From: Tubiluchus corallicola
Lineage: Eukaryota; Animalia; Priapulida
Length of the DNA: 64,000 bases
Assembly: GCA_030141605.1 (NCBI GenBank)
Contig: JAQGDQ010000590.1
Location: 62,001 to 126,000 of the forward strand
Direction of reading: 5' to 3'
A program made the translations under genes and the position numbers. The first letter of the stretch is position 1; every line of letters begins with the position of its first letter. Below the pieces are notes generated by a model that searched no databases, was not told where the DNA came from, and saw only the letters and a program-made list of their open reading frames with translations. This document shows positions 36,501 to 48,762 of this stretch, in pieces.

Positions 36501-39062
36501 AGACACGATGTCAATGTACTAATGCACTATATTTAGACACGATGTCAATGTACTAATGCACTATATTTAGACACGATGTCAATGTACTAATGCACTACAT
36601 TTAGACATGATATCAATGTACTACTGCACTACATTTTGACACGATATCAATGTACTAATGCACTATATTTAGACATGATATCAATGTACTAATGCACTAT
36701 ATTCAGACATGATGTCAATGTACTAATGCACTATATTTAGACATGATATCAATGTACTACTGCACAACATTTAGACACGATATCAATGTACTAATGCACT
36801 ATATTTAGACATGATATCAATGTACTACTGCACTACATTTTGACACGATATCAATGTACTAATGCACTATATTTAGACATGATATCAATGTACTAATGCA
36901 CTATATTCAGACATGATGTCAATGTACTAATGCACTATATTTAGACATGATATCAATGTACTACTGCACAACATTTAGACACGATATCAATGTACTAATG
37001 CACTATATTTAGACATGATGTCAATGTACTAATGCACTACATTTAGACATGATATCAATGTACTACTGCACTACATTTAGACATGATATCAATGTACTAA
37101 TGCACTATATTTAGACATGATGTCAATGTACTAATGCACTATATTTAGACATGATATCAATGTACTACTGCACTACATTTAGACATGATGTCAATGTACT
37201 AATGCACTATATTTAGACACGATGTCAATGTACTAATGCACTATATTTAGACATGATATCAATGTACTACTGCACTACATTTAGACATGATATCAATGTA
37301 CTAATGCACTATATTTAGACACGATGTCAATGTACTAATGCACTACATTTAGACATGATATCAATGTACTAATGCACTACATTTAGACATGATATCAATG
37401 TACTAATGCACTATATTTAGACACGATGTCAATGTACTAATGCACTACATTTAGACATGATGTCAATGTACTAATGCACTATATTTAGACACGATGTCAA
37501 TGTACTAATGCACTACATTTAGACATGATATCAATGTACTAATGCACTACATTTAGACATGATGTCAATGTACTAATGCACTATATTTAGACACGATGTC
37601 AATGTACTAATGCACTATATTTAGACATGATATCAATGTACTAATGCACTACATTTAGACATGATATCAATGTACTAATGCACTATATTTAGACACGATG
37701 TCAATGTACTAATGCACTACATTTAGACATGATATCAATGTACTAATGCACTATATTTAGACACGATGTCAATGTACTAATGCACTACATTTAGACATGC
37801 TATCAATGTACTAATGCACTATATTTAGACATGATGTCAATGTACTAATGCACTATATTTAGACACGATATCAATGTACTACTGCACTATATTTAGACAT
37901 GATATCAATGTACTACTGCACTATATTTAGACATGATATCAATGTACTAATGCACTACATTTAGACATTATGTCAATGTACTAATGCACTATATGTGAAA
38001 GTCATGTTTGAGGTTGTAGTTGAACACTTTGTCGAAAACGAATAAAACACTATACTACATATCTGCACAAAACTGAAAAGCGTTTAGACTTTTAGACATT
38101 ATATCAATACACCCACATAAGAAAGTTTTCGTTTTATGATTTAGTTTTGTTAACACCTTGGTGAATATACTTAAGCCTAGTAAGTACAACTTCTAAAAGG
38201 GCACGTCCTTTGAAAACACAAGAAAAATCTTCCCTTACAAAAGCTTAAAGGAAGACAGGATGATTTTTCATATACTATCCTATTTTTAAGTCCGATAAAA
38301 AGTTTACAATTCAACACAATTAATACTACAAAACCATTTCTGATAATTAAATAATAGATTTAAAACTTTATTAACGGTGGGGGGGGCAACAATGACGTTT
38401 GGGAAAGCAAAAATAGAAGTGCAGTGCTACTGTTAAATATTCAGTGTGTTGTATTAAAACTCGGGAGGCTTTAAGACAAAAATTCAAATTTCAAATTTGC
38501 CGTTGTACTCACGAATGAACTATTGAACATGTGTAGCTCGTCACAAACTGACACATCTGGACTAAGAGGTACAGCACCTATTTTTGTGTAATGCGTTTCC
38601 AAAATGCAGGCGCTAATGCCCGTCTAACTAACGAATGGTGAAATGCATGTAACAGTGAAGAACTAGTGGGGTAAACGTGAAATTGTGTTTGTGTGGTAGT
38701 AATTCTTTCACGTAAGTCATTTTTGAAAAAATATTACGTTAACTTTCAATATTTTAAAGAGCAGATTGTTTTGATCTACAGTTTAAGATTAGGTCTGGTT
38801 TTACTTTAATTAAAAAAATAGTCTTGAAATTTTATAGTTAAAAATCGAAATATTAATTTATTGATTTACCTCTTAATTCGGACCATCGAAATGATGTCTT
38901 ATCCTTGAGACGCATTCCCGGAAATCGTTCCTGTGACCATTCTGCGTTAAACTGCAGACGGTAGCGTGCCAAAGTGACGTCACATCCGTTGCTGTTTCCG
39001 TAGAACAGTAGAAACAGTATCACAAAAGCTTGCTTCAGTATTAGAGCAGTGGACAAAGACAT
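33533..39062 (-). CDS. SPON2: Spondin-2/mindin-like secreted protein (signal peptide, Spondin_N, charged linker, one TSP1 repeat), about 422 aa, 3 coding exons
   Basis: Exons 39062-38870 (phase 1 donor), 35346-35156 (phase 1-0) and 34417-33533, all GT-AG. Motifs: ARYRLQFNAEWSQERFP, WSELRGRSH, FTAPAV..GVGNSS, SDWFTGIQDLELC, SGVTF, and TSP1 NCRVGDWGEWSQCSETCGFGARVRRR...NGGLPCPPL. An acceptor at 39099-39100 implies an upstream non-coding exon. Confidence 0.85.
35400..36080. repeat. Degenerate (GTAAG/GTGAG)n pentamer repeat
   Basis: Direct inspection; lies in a spondin intron. Confidence 0.8.
36147..37995. repeat. 34-bp minisatellite, about 54 copies
   Basis: Unit atttagacatgatgtcaatgtactaatgcactat. 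Confidence 0.95.
38249..38805 (+). mobile_element. Non-autonomous TTAA-flanked element, family B
   Basis: ttaa|aggaagacaggatg...ggttttact|ttaa. Confidence 0.6.
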
Positions 39063-40583
39063 ATCAAGTCACGGAGTAACAAAATAATTATGTCAGTCCT
39101 GAAAATGAATTTAGCACGTTTTGTTTCTCTGTAAATGTTCTGTAAATGTCATTTCGCGAACGGACGCTTTCGCTTGTCAGACGCTCTAAGGTCACGTGGT
39201 GCGATTTACCGGGGCGCATCTAGATTTCACGACGCCCTAGGCTGATTGTTTTGTTCCGCAAATTTCTGTTCTGAGTTTACAGTTGTTTATGTAATCAGTA
39301 GATTAAATAATTACTTGTGGTGTGTTATAAACATTATTAATCTAATTTCGACGTGGTCATTATTAATTACATGTATTTGCACACACTTATATCTAAGCAG
39401 GCTGCACAACTCCTGGTTGTATAATACCTTGCGCCTGTTCGTTATGTTGCACATTTATAGAAGCTGCTCTCAATAACTGCCTGTTGTGTGTTATAAAATG
39501 CGCCCTTTACACGAAAGTATAAAGATTTTCTAAGGAGCATTTTCTAAAATGTAACGCCCCTTAAATTTTGGTGCTGTAGGCCATAGTTAAAGTATTAGTT
39601 AATACGCCACTGGGTTCACGTGACCCTAGAGCAAAGGCAAGGTTGATTCTACAATGCTAATGGTAGTCTGTCTACTAACGTAAGAGTACCTAGTGAACTA
39701 TGGACCTCGAAAAGAGTGAATTATTTTCTCATTTCTCAATTAAAAGAATTTAATCGAAATGGAACACCGAGGACTTGACTGACGCGCATGCGCGAGTAGG
39801 TTTTTCGTTTCATTGTTCTAGATTTTTGTTAAACTTATGCAAGAGACGTGAATAATCTTAACAAAGATCTACAAAAATGAAACGCAAAACCGACTCGCTC
39901 ATGCGCATGCGCATCAGTCACGCATTTGTGAGTATTAGTACAAAAAGTCATCTGAATAACAATGCTATTTTTCAAATTTAATTTTAAGCATCACTAAGAA
40001 TGATTGTTTCAATGTTGGGGCCGCTTCGTTTCATCAGATGCTGTGACTGTACATTCATTAAAAAAAGTGGAAACTTCACAGAAGCGGTGACTAAACTTGA
40101 AACTTGAATTTTGCTATGTCAGTGGTAGACTTACAGCTATGACATATTAGAAAATACTATGACATAGTAGTAGAGCATATAATAATTAATAGTATTATAC
40201 TGAAAACACAAGAACAGTTCGTAAATAAAAGTTTAAAAAATTCGTCTCGAGATTTTTGTATCACTTCCATACTGTCTTATTGCATACAGAGCTTGTATTA
40301 ACAGCAACGCTGTATAAAACTTGTAGATTTAAACTCACGTGTTAACACAGTTATTTTAACGCAGGTTTAGTTGACATTGGGTAAAATTTGAAAAAAATCA
40401 TCACAGTATTCTGAAAACACTCTGCTCTAATTAAGCAAAAGTCTAAATTACCAATAAGATCATTAATGTGTTTTTTTTTCGTGAGCCAGTGGTGCACACT
40501 GGGATTGTGGTGCTGTACGTTTTCACCAAGTGGCGGGATTATTTTTAATTATTGATAATTTCCAATTACACAAGTTGGCTAAG

Positions 40584-41527
40584 TATGTAAAAGTGGAGAT
40601 GTGGAAGATAAGAAATTGTTCATTAACTATGTAAAAGTGGAGATGTGGAAGTTAAGAAATTGTTCAATAACTATGTAAAAGTGGAGATGTGGAAGATAAG
40701 AAATTGTTGATTAACCATGTAAAAGTGGAGATGTAGAAGATAAGAAATTGTTCGTTAACTATGTAAAAGTGGAGATGTGGAAGATGAGAAATTGATGATT
40801 AACAATGTAAAAGTGGAGATGTGGAAGATAAGAAATTGATGATTAACAATGTAACAGTGGAGATGTGGAAGATAAGAAATTGATGATTAACTATGTAAAA
40901 GTGGAGATGTGGAAGATAAGAAATTGTTCATTAACTATGTAAAAGTGGAGATGTGGAAGATAAGAAATTGATGATTAACTATGTAAAAGTGGAGAGTGGA
41001 AGATAAGAAATTGTTGATTAGCTATGTAAAAGTGGAGATGAGGAAGATAAGAAATTGTTCATTAACTATGTAAAAGTGGAGATGTGGAAGATAAGAAATT
41101 GTTGATTAACTATGTAAAAGTGGAGATGTGGAAGATAAGAAATTGTTCATTAACTATGTAAAAGTGGAGATGTGGAAGTAGAAATTGTTGATTAACATGT
41201 AAAAGTGGAGATGTGGAAGTAAGAAATTGTTGATTAACTATGTAAAGTGGGATGTGGAAGATAAGAAATTGTTGATTAACTATGTAAAAGTGGAGATGTG
41301 GAAGATAAGAAATTGTTGATTAACTATGTAAAAGTGGAGATGTGGAAGATAAGAAATTGTTGATTAACTATGTAAAAGTGGAGATGTGGAAGATAAGAAA
41401 TTGTTGATTAGCTATGTAAAAGTGGAGATGAGGAAAATAAGAAATTGTTCATTAACTATGTAAAAGTGGAGATGTGGAAGATAAGAAATTGTTGATTAAC
41501 TATGTAAAAGTGGAGATGTGGAAGTTA
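40584..41527 (+). repeat. 44-bp minisatellite, about 21 copies
   Basis: Unit tatgtaaaagtggagatgtggaagataagaaattgttgattaac. Confidence 0.95.
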
Positions 41528-42199
41528 TAATCAGGCAAATAAGTATAATATTAAGCAATACAATTTTGTGTGGATGCTTTTCTCATCATACTATAAAAAT
41601 CCCTTTTCTTCCCCGTTCATTATTAATTCATGAATTATTGCTGATAGCCTACTGTTCGTTTGTGTAACTAGTATTCTACTAATTTTCTAACTTACTGACC
41701 TGTGAGTTGGTAACTTTTTAACTTGGTAGAAAAATTCTTATTTTCGTCACGCGTGCAAAGAGAAACACACGACAATTATTTTGCCATTTTAACCAGGCAG
41801 ATAGAGGCGAGACGATTACCATAAGAAAGACCTCTGCTCGTCCACATTTGAACTTGGTCTTGAACTAGAGTAATTAACCTAATGCAATGACTGTGTGTCA
41901 CGGTCGAGGCGTAGAAATACCTAAATTGTTTACAGCAATAATACTAACAAAGTGCTTTATTTTACAAACATAAACACAAGTAATATTAACAAATCACACG
42001 CTTAAATAAATAACGCATACATGAACACGCCCCTACAAATACAAGGCTCTTTCTGAGCGACGTTGATAAAAAATATCATAATTTATAACAAACACATCTA
42101 CATAGCTATTATAGTGCTGAATGAAAACATAAATTCTTAGCAAAATTAGTTACTACTTCTTAATTTAGAATCACGTTTTGTTGAAATATTATGCACCTA

Positions 42200-42575
42200 A
42201 ATAATCAACAATTTCTTAACTTCCACACCTGCATTCTTACGTAGTTAATTATCAATTTCTTAACTTTCACATCTCCACTTTTACATAGTTAGTCAACAAT
42301 TTCTTATCTTCCACATCTCCACTTTTACATAGTTAATGAACAATTTCTTATCTTCCACATCTCCACTTTTACATAGTTAATCAACAATTTCTTATCTTCC
42401 ACATCTCCACTTTTACATAGTTAATCAACAATTTCTTATCTTCCACATCTCCACTTTTACATAGTTAATCAACAATTTCTTATCTTCCACATCTCCACTT
42501 TTACATAGTTAATGAACAATTTCTTATCTTCCACATCTCCACTTTTACATAGTTAATGAACAATTTCTTATCTTT
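42200..42575 (-). repeat. Inverted array of the same 44-bp unit, about 8 copies
   Basis: atttcttatcttccacatctccacttttacatagttaat is the reverse complement of the 40584 unit. Confidence 0.95.
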
Positions 42576-42629
42576 TCACCCCCCCTCCTCTATCCAACAA
42601 CAAGAACAACAATATCCAAGTGTAGCAAT

Positions 42630-43350
42630 TTGAGTGGGTGAGTGAATGAATGAGTGTGAGAGGGTGTATGTGAATGAGTGTATGATTGAGTGAGCGAGAG
42701 AGTGAGTGAGTGAGTGGGTGAGTAAGTGAGTGAGTGGATGAGTGAGTGTACCAATGAATGACTGAGTAAATGAGTGAGTAAGCCAATGAATGAGTGAGTG
42801 AATGGGTGCGTGAGTGAATGAGTAAGTGAGTAAATGAGTGAGTGAGTGAGTGAGTGAGTGAGTGAGTGAGTGAGTGAGAGCGGGAGTGACTGAGTGAGTG
42901 AGTGAATGAGTAAGTGAATGAGTGAGTGACTGAGTGAGTGAGTGAGTGAATAAGTGAGTGAGTGAGTGAGTGAGTGAGTGAGTGAGTGAGTGAGTGAGTG
43001 AGTGAGTGAGTGGATGAGTGAGTGAGTGAGTGTGTGCGTGAGTGAGAGAGAGAGAGAGAGAGAGACTAAGAGCGTGAGTGAGTGAATGAGTGAGTGAGTG
43101 AGTGGATGAGTGAATGAGGGAGTGAATGAGTGAGTGAGTGAGTGAGTGTGTGCGTGAGTGAGAGAGAGAGAGAAGAGACTAAGTGCGTGACTGAGTGAGT
43201 GAATGAATGAGTGAGTGAATGAGGGAGTGAATGAATCAGTCAGTGATTGAGTGAAAGAATGAGTAGTGAGTGAGTGAGTGAGTAAATGAATGAGTGAGTG
43301 AAAGAGTGAGTGAGTGAGTGAGAAAATGAGTGTGTGGGTGAGTGAGTGAC
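42630..43350. repeat. (GAGT)n microsatellite
   Basis: Direct inspection. Confidence 0.95.
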
Positions 43351-43804
43351 GGCACTTTTTGACGGTATGCCGATAGATGGAGCTACTACTAATTTCATAA
43401 ACTTGACAATTTCCATATACTACAAATAATCACTTTTCCACTGTTGCACTGTAAAACACGGAATCTCGCCAGAGCTTCCTGGACGAAATAAAGCTGGAAT
43501 TTCCGCAGGGATTCTTCCCGGAATTACAGACATCTGAGGCATTTGCACCAGTGGCTTAAAAAGCCAAGCATAATATGTTAATCTGATTCTTTAAGCTGAA
43601 AAGCTGTCCAGCTATGCGTCCCTGCCTGTCTGTCTTCCTGTCTTTCTCCGCCCGTTATTTCAGAATTAACAAAGCGATGTGAGAGAAGCATTCCTGACCA
43701 ATTCTTGCATTTGCTTTTCCGGGTTGTGCATAAAGCATGGTTCACACTCACCTTTTAGATTATTGCATGAGGGCATTTCTAATGATTAGTATTTTGCAAC
43801 AAAC

Positions 43805-45030
43805 ATTTTAGTCTTTATTGGTTAACATATTAACAATGTATTAGTCTTTATTCGTTAACATATTAACAATGTATTAGTCTTTATTCGTTAACATATTAAC
43901 AACGTATTAGCCTTTATTCGTTAACATATTAACAACGTATTAGTCTTTACTCGTTAACATATTAATAACGTATTAGTCTTTATTCGTTAACATATTAACA
44001 ACGTATTAGCCTTTATTCGTTAACATATTAACAATGTATCAGTCTTTACTCGTTAACATATTAATAACGTATTAGTCTTTATTCGTTAACATACTAAAAA
44101 CCTATTAGTCTTTATTCGTTAACTTATTAAAAACCTATTCGTCTTTATTCGTTAACATATTAACAACGTATTAGTCTTTATTCGTTAACATATTAAAAAC
44201 CTATTAGTCTTTATTCGTTAACTTATTAAAAACCTATTAGTCTTTATTCGTTAACATATTAACAACGTATTAGCCTTTATTCGTTAACTTATTAAAAACC
44301 TATTAGTCTTTATTCGTTAACATATTAAAAACCTATTAGTCTTTATTCGTTAACATATTAACAACGTATTAGCCTTTATTCGTTAACTTATTAAAAACCT
44401 ATTAGTCTTTATTCGTTAACATATTAACAACGTATTAGCCTTTATTCGTTAACATATTAAAAACCTATTAGTCTTTATTCGTTAACATATTAAAAACCTA
44501 TTAGTCTTTATTCGTTAACATATTAACAACGTATTAGCCTTTATTCGTTAACTTATTAAAAACCTATTAGTCTTTATTCGTTAACATATTAACAACGTAT
44601 TAGTCTTTATTCGTTAACATATTAAAAACCTATTAGTCTTTATTCGTTAACTTATTAAAAACCTATTAGTCTTTATTCGTTAACATATTAACAACGTATT
44701 AGCCTTTATTCGTTAACTTATTAAAAACCTATTAGTCTTTATTCGTTAACATATTAAAAACCTATTAGTCTTTATTCGTTAACATATTAACAACGTATTA
44801 GCCTTTATTCGTTAACTTATTAAAAACCTATTAGTCTTTATTCGTTAACATATTAACAACGTATTAGCCTTTATTCGTTAACATATCAACAACGTATTAG
44901 CCTTTATTCGTTAACTTATTAAAACCTATTAGTCTTTATTCGTTAACTATTAACAACGTATTAGCCTTTATTCGTTAACTTATTAAAAACCGATTAGTCT
45001 TTATTCGTTAAGATATTAACAACGTACTAA
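43805..45030. repeat. 33-bp minisatellite, about 37 copies
   Basis: Unit tattagtctttattcgttaacatattaacaacg. Confidence 0.95.
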
Positions 45031-45151
45031 CTTCCCTGTAGTTCAGTACAACTTTATTTACGAACAAAGGGCCTTGTGTTATTATTTATTTATTATTTAT
45101 TTATGTGCCTTATTGTACTTGGACCTGTATTCAACATTGATACACTAGCGA

Positions 45152-45330
45152 ATGTTTTACTCTAAAACGGTGGGCACAATTGTCCTACTAATTGTTCATA
45201 TTTGTTGCACTGCCAGTAATGCTTTTAAATGCATAAATGCAACGGGAGTAGGGTGGCCTGATGTAATACCTGTCGAGTTTTTACAAATTCAAGAAGGGGA
45301 GGGGGTGTTGCGCGAGAATGTGGTTTATAC
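45152..45330 (+). CDS. Putative first coding exon of a secreted protein (signal peptide)
   Basis: MFYSKTVGTIVLLIVHICCTASNA-FKCINATGVGWPDVIP...; hydrophobic leader, N-glycosylation sequon NAT, donor gtaatt at 45331 overlapping the in-frame stop. Confidence 0.4.
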
Positions 45331-46109
45331 GTAATTACGAACTCGGTGCTGTCACTCATTTCTAAAATGTTTTGCCAAAGGATCTGTAGATGTCTCTGAT
45401 GTTTCCACACAATAATTGTGAAACCGGTAATAACAATGAGAGCAGGCCTGCAGTAGCTTGAATTTTTTTAGGTTTATTTAATGAAATGAATGCGACTTGG
45501 TTTGAATTTTAACGTTTGTATTTAGATTGGACAACTAAGTTTAGTCAAGTTTTTAACCTTTAAATCTGCAAAGTTTGTATATTCAGAATAAATAATATTG
45601 CTGGTTATTTTCTTACTTCTATATTGTTCTACTTTTTTATGTTCTGATTACGATATAATGTTGCGTCACTTTCGCCATCTAGTGGCCGTTACAGACACTT
45701 TCATGTTATTGTTGTTGTTTATTTCCTATTTCTAAGTTTTTTGTTTCTTTAGTTAGATAATTATGATGTTTTGTTAGATATGCTTCTTTCTTTTATTCTG
45801 TTCGGTATAATTCTGCGATATCATGTTGTGTCACTGTCGCCATCTAGTGCCACCTAGAGACACTTCCATTTTTCCAAAAGATTAGCTTAACAAAATGCTT
45901 TGCAAGCTGAACTTTATATCAATAATAAAAAAAGAAAAAAATCAACGGATATTGTTCTTATTATAAAGAATTTAAAATTTTCTCTTGATATTTTCATTAT
46001 TACATAAATTTAATAATGTAACTCAGGGAACTGGGTTAATTAGCAAGTCACTGTTAAAATTAGGCTGCCACACTGACGGTACGACACTCTTTTCTTTCAC
46101 TTCATTTTC

Positions 46110-46830
46110 CAAGTATTATCAGAACTTTCGTTGGAATTTTTCCACCATCGTGAATAAATCCAGAGACAGGGTTCATAAGTGTTTAAACTGTGTGATATCG
46201 TTCTAAAACCAGCACAGTTCTTCAACATCTTCAAATATATCTTTTTCCAGAAAAGTTCTTCACCATCTTCAAGTATATCTTTTTCTGGGAAAATTCTTCA
46301 TCGTCTTCAAGTATATCTTTACATAGAAAAGTTCTTCATCGTATTCAAATATATCTTTATATAGAAAAGTTCTTCATCATTTTTAAATATATCTTTACAT
46401 AGAAAAGTTCTTCATAATCTTCAAATATATCTTTATCTACAAAAGTTCTTCATCATCTTCAAGTATATCTTTATCTAGAAAAGTTCTTCACCATCTTCAA
46501 ACATATTTTTTCTGGAAAAGTTCTTCATCATCTTCAATTACATCTTTATCTAGAAAAGTCTTGAATGATGCTTGTGGATTACGTGTTAATCACTTCAATG
46601 TAACTGTTCTTACACACGCTACGAAAAGTAGAAGTGAAAGAGAGGACCGACTCGTAATTACAAGCCACAGCCTTCAGCTCGGTTATATCTAGTACTGGAG
46701 CAATCTTTATCATCACATCTGAAAAGACGAATGACAAGCTCATCAGCATTTCCAATGATTACAATCTTTTCTGATATAGGAAATGTGTCCATGTTTCTCT
46801 ACAGCACACACGACTGACACGACCTCAACG
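46110..46830 (-). pseudogene. Second degenerate copy of the BTB gene C-terminal domain, interrupted by a 38-bp tandem array
   Basis: 'gttaatcacttcaatgtaactgttcttacac' and 'catctgaaaagacgaatgacaagct' are shared exactly with 48920-49080; 46125-46176 matches the GFINDGKF-coding segment; stops and frameshifts are present. Confidence 0.75.
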
Positions 46831-48094
46831 TTGTTTTTTTTTGTTTTTTAATAAAGTAAAAATAAATTTATCCCGGAAAAATTTTGGTGTCTTTTCTGCG
46901 GCTAAGACCACGGTGCTACGTATTGAGTACTTTAAATACATCAATGTGGTTGCTTTTGCAATTGAAGTTTAGCCGTGATTGTTCAAGCAAAGACGTAAAA
47001 AATGCTAAATCCATGCGCTTGTAACTTTCACAGACAACAGCTAACGTATTGAAGTATCAAGTTGTGAAATTTCAACTTTGTGAAGCACTTGCTTTAATGT
47101 CATTGTTGCCTAAACTTGTGCACATTTTTTCTGCACCACTCGATACAGTTAAGCCTGAAAGCACAGTACTATATAAATGAGAAAAACTGCTGAAATTCTG
47201 CTGGTTTAACTGTACCTAGATACATTGTCTCAAGTGTACCTTAAGCAGCAACTTTCATGTCTCACTGATTGGTCACAGTCAGTCATGCAAAAATGGCGGC
47301 GGTGAAGAGTAACAACAGAGCAGAGTGACAATGTGGTTGTTGAATGTGCAGCAGTAAGTGATGATACTTAATAATTCTGTTTGATTAGCAAAAGTGCAAG
47401 CCGCACTCTTTTCCTTGTGAATTTAAGAGAGCCTTCTAGAAATAATCTTTAAGTTTTTATTTGTTTATTTATTCATTCGATTTATTTACATTTATTCGTT
47501 TGTAAACAAATAACAGAAATTACAGTACACTTTCTACAATGCTTAACAAATACGATGTAATTTATATTCACTACTTCATTCTGATTAAGCTACTGTATAT
47601 TCCGTATATTAAGTTAATATAATTCTCATGCATACATAAGCAATCCGGCTACTAGTCAGTTAAAATGAAACATCTTGCTAGAACAATCGGGTAAATCAGC
47701 ACCTTGAAATTAGGGTATCACACAGATAGTTGGTTTACATGCAAAAAGCTGCAACTTACAATAGGCATCTTTTAACAGCATCAATGGCGACGTTCTCTGC
47801 AAACTTCTGTAGAGGTGATTTGTAAGTACAAAAGATCAGTTTCCATATGCCAGACAACGAATGATTGAAACTGGAGCCGAATTTAACAGCCGTTCTGCAT
47901 GCGGCTGACATGGGGAGGGGGTTTGGGGGTGGCACTGTCAATAGTTCATAATCAGTCTTCCACAGCACAATGCCAACGAGTTTCTTCTTTATACATTTGT
48001 ATATTTTAGGGCACACCGGACAGCACCAATCCATATAAGACATCAGTCGCACTGATGAACACAGTTCCAGAAGATGATAGTCTTTTTAATTCAT

Positions 48095-48632
48095 TCTCTA
48101 TACAACAGCACAACTTTTATGCGAATTTTTCCATAACTAATAAACCCAGAAGCTCTGCAATATTATTCTGATGCCACCAAAAACTTTTCACTTCTTCTGA
48201 ACTTGTCTTTATTTTCAAATGTTCTGAGTGACTTTCTTGGATCATTGTTAGTAACTTCAATCCATCTGTTCTTACATATGCTGTCAGAAGTAGAAGTCAA
48301 AGCGAAAAGTAAAACTTGCAATTTCAAGCAGCAGTTTACACAATAGTTATATCCAGTATTGGAGCATAGTTCATCACACCTGAAAACATTAGTGCCGAGC
48401 TCTTTACGCTAACCAATAACTGCAAATTTTCTGATATCTTATTCATAAAATTATTAGTCTTCTCAACAGGTTCAGTACACATGACAAATACGATTTCAAT
48501 GCAGTTTTTTTCTTTCTACGAAATATTGATTTTGGAGTCTCTTAAATATGATTGATGAAAACATTCAAGTTGCTCCTTGTCATTTAACATTCCATTCACT
48601 ACGGGACCTTTGATGAACAATTCTGGATCATA
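48095..48632 (-). pseudogene. Degenerate 5'-truncated copy of the BTB gene C-terminal part
   Basis: Nucleotide similarity to 48780-49320, e.g. 'catttaacattccattcactacgggacctttgatgaacaattctggatc' vs 'catttaatattccagttgctaccggtcctttgatgaataactctggatc'; no long ORF. Confidence 0.75.
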
Positions 48633-48762
48633 ATCAATCATGACAAATCAAGTTACTTCTTCAAAATGGGTGGCGATGTACGGGGTTTAAAAAGTTATTG
48701 GTCTATAAACCATTAATCGTAACCGTGAATCAGCTTCATGAAATGATTTTCCTTTTAATTTA

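Noticed and set aside
36147-37995. CRISPR-like appearance of the 33-, 34- and 44-bp arrays
   Set aside because: Units are contiguous with no unique spacers, there are no cas genes, and the context is eukaryotic; these are minisatellites
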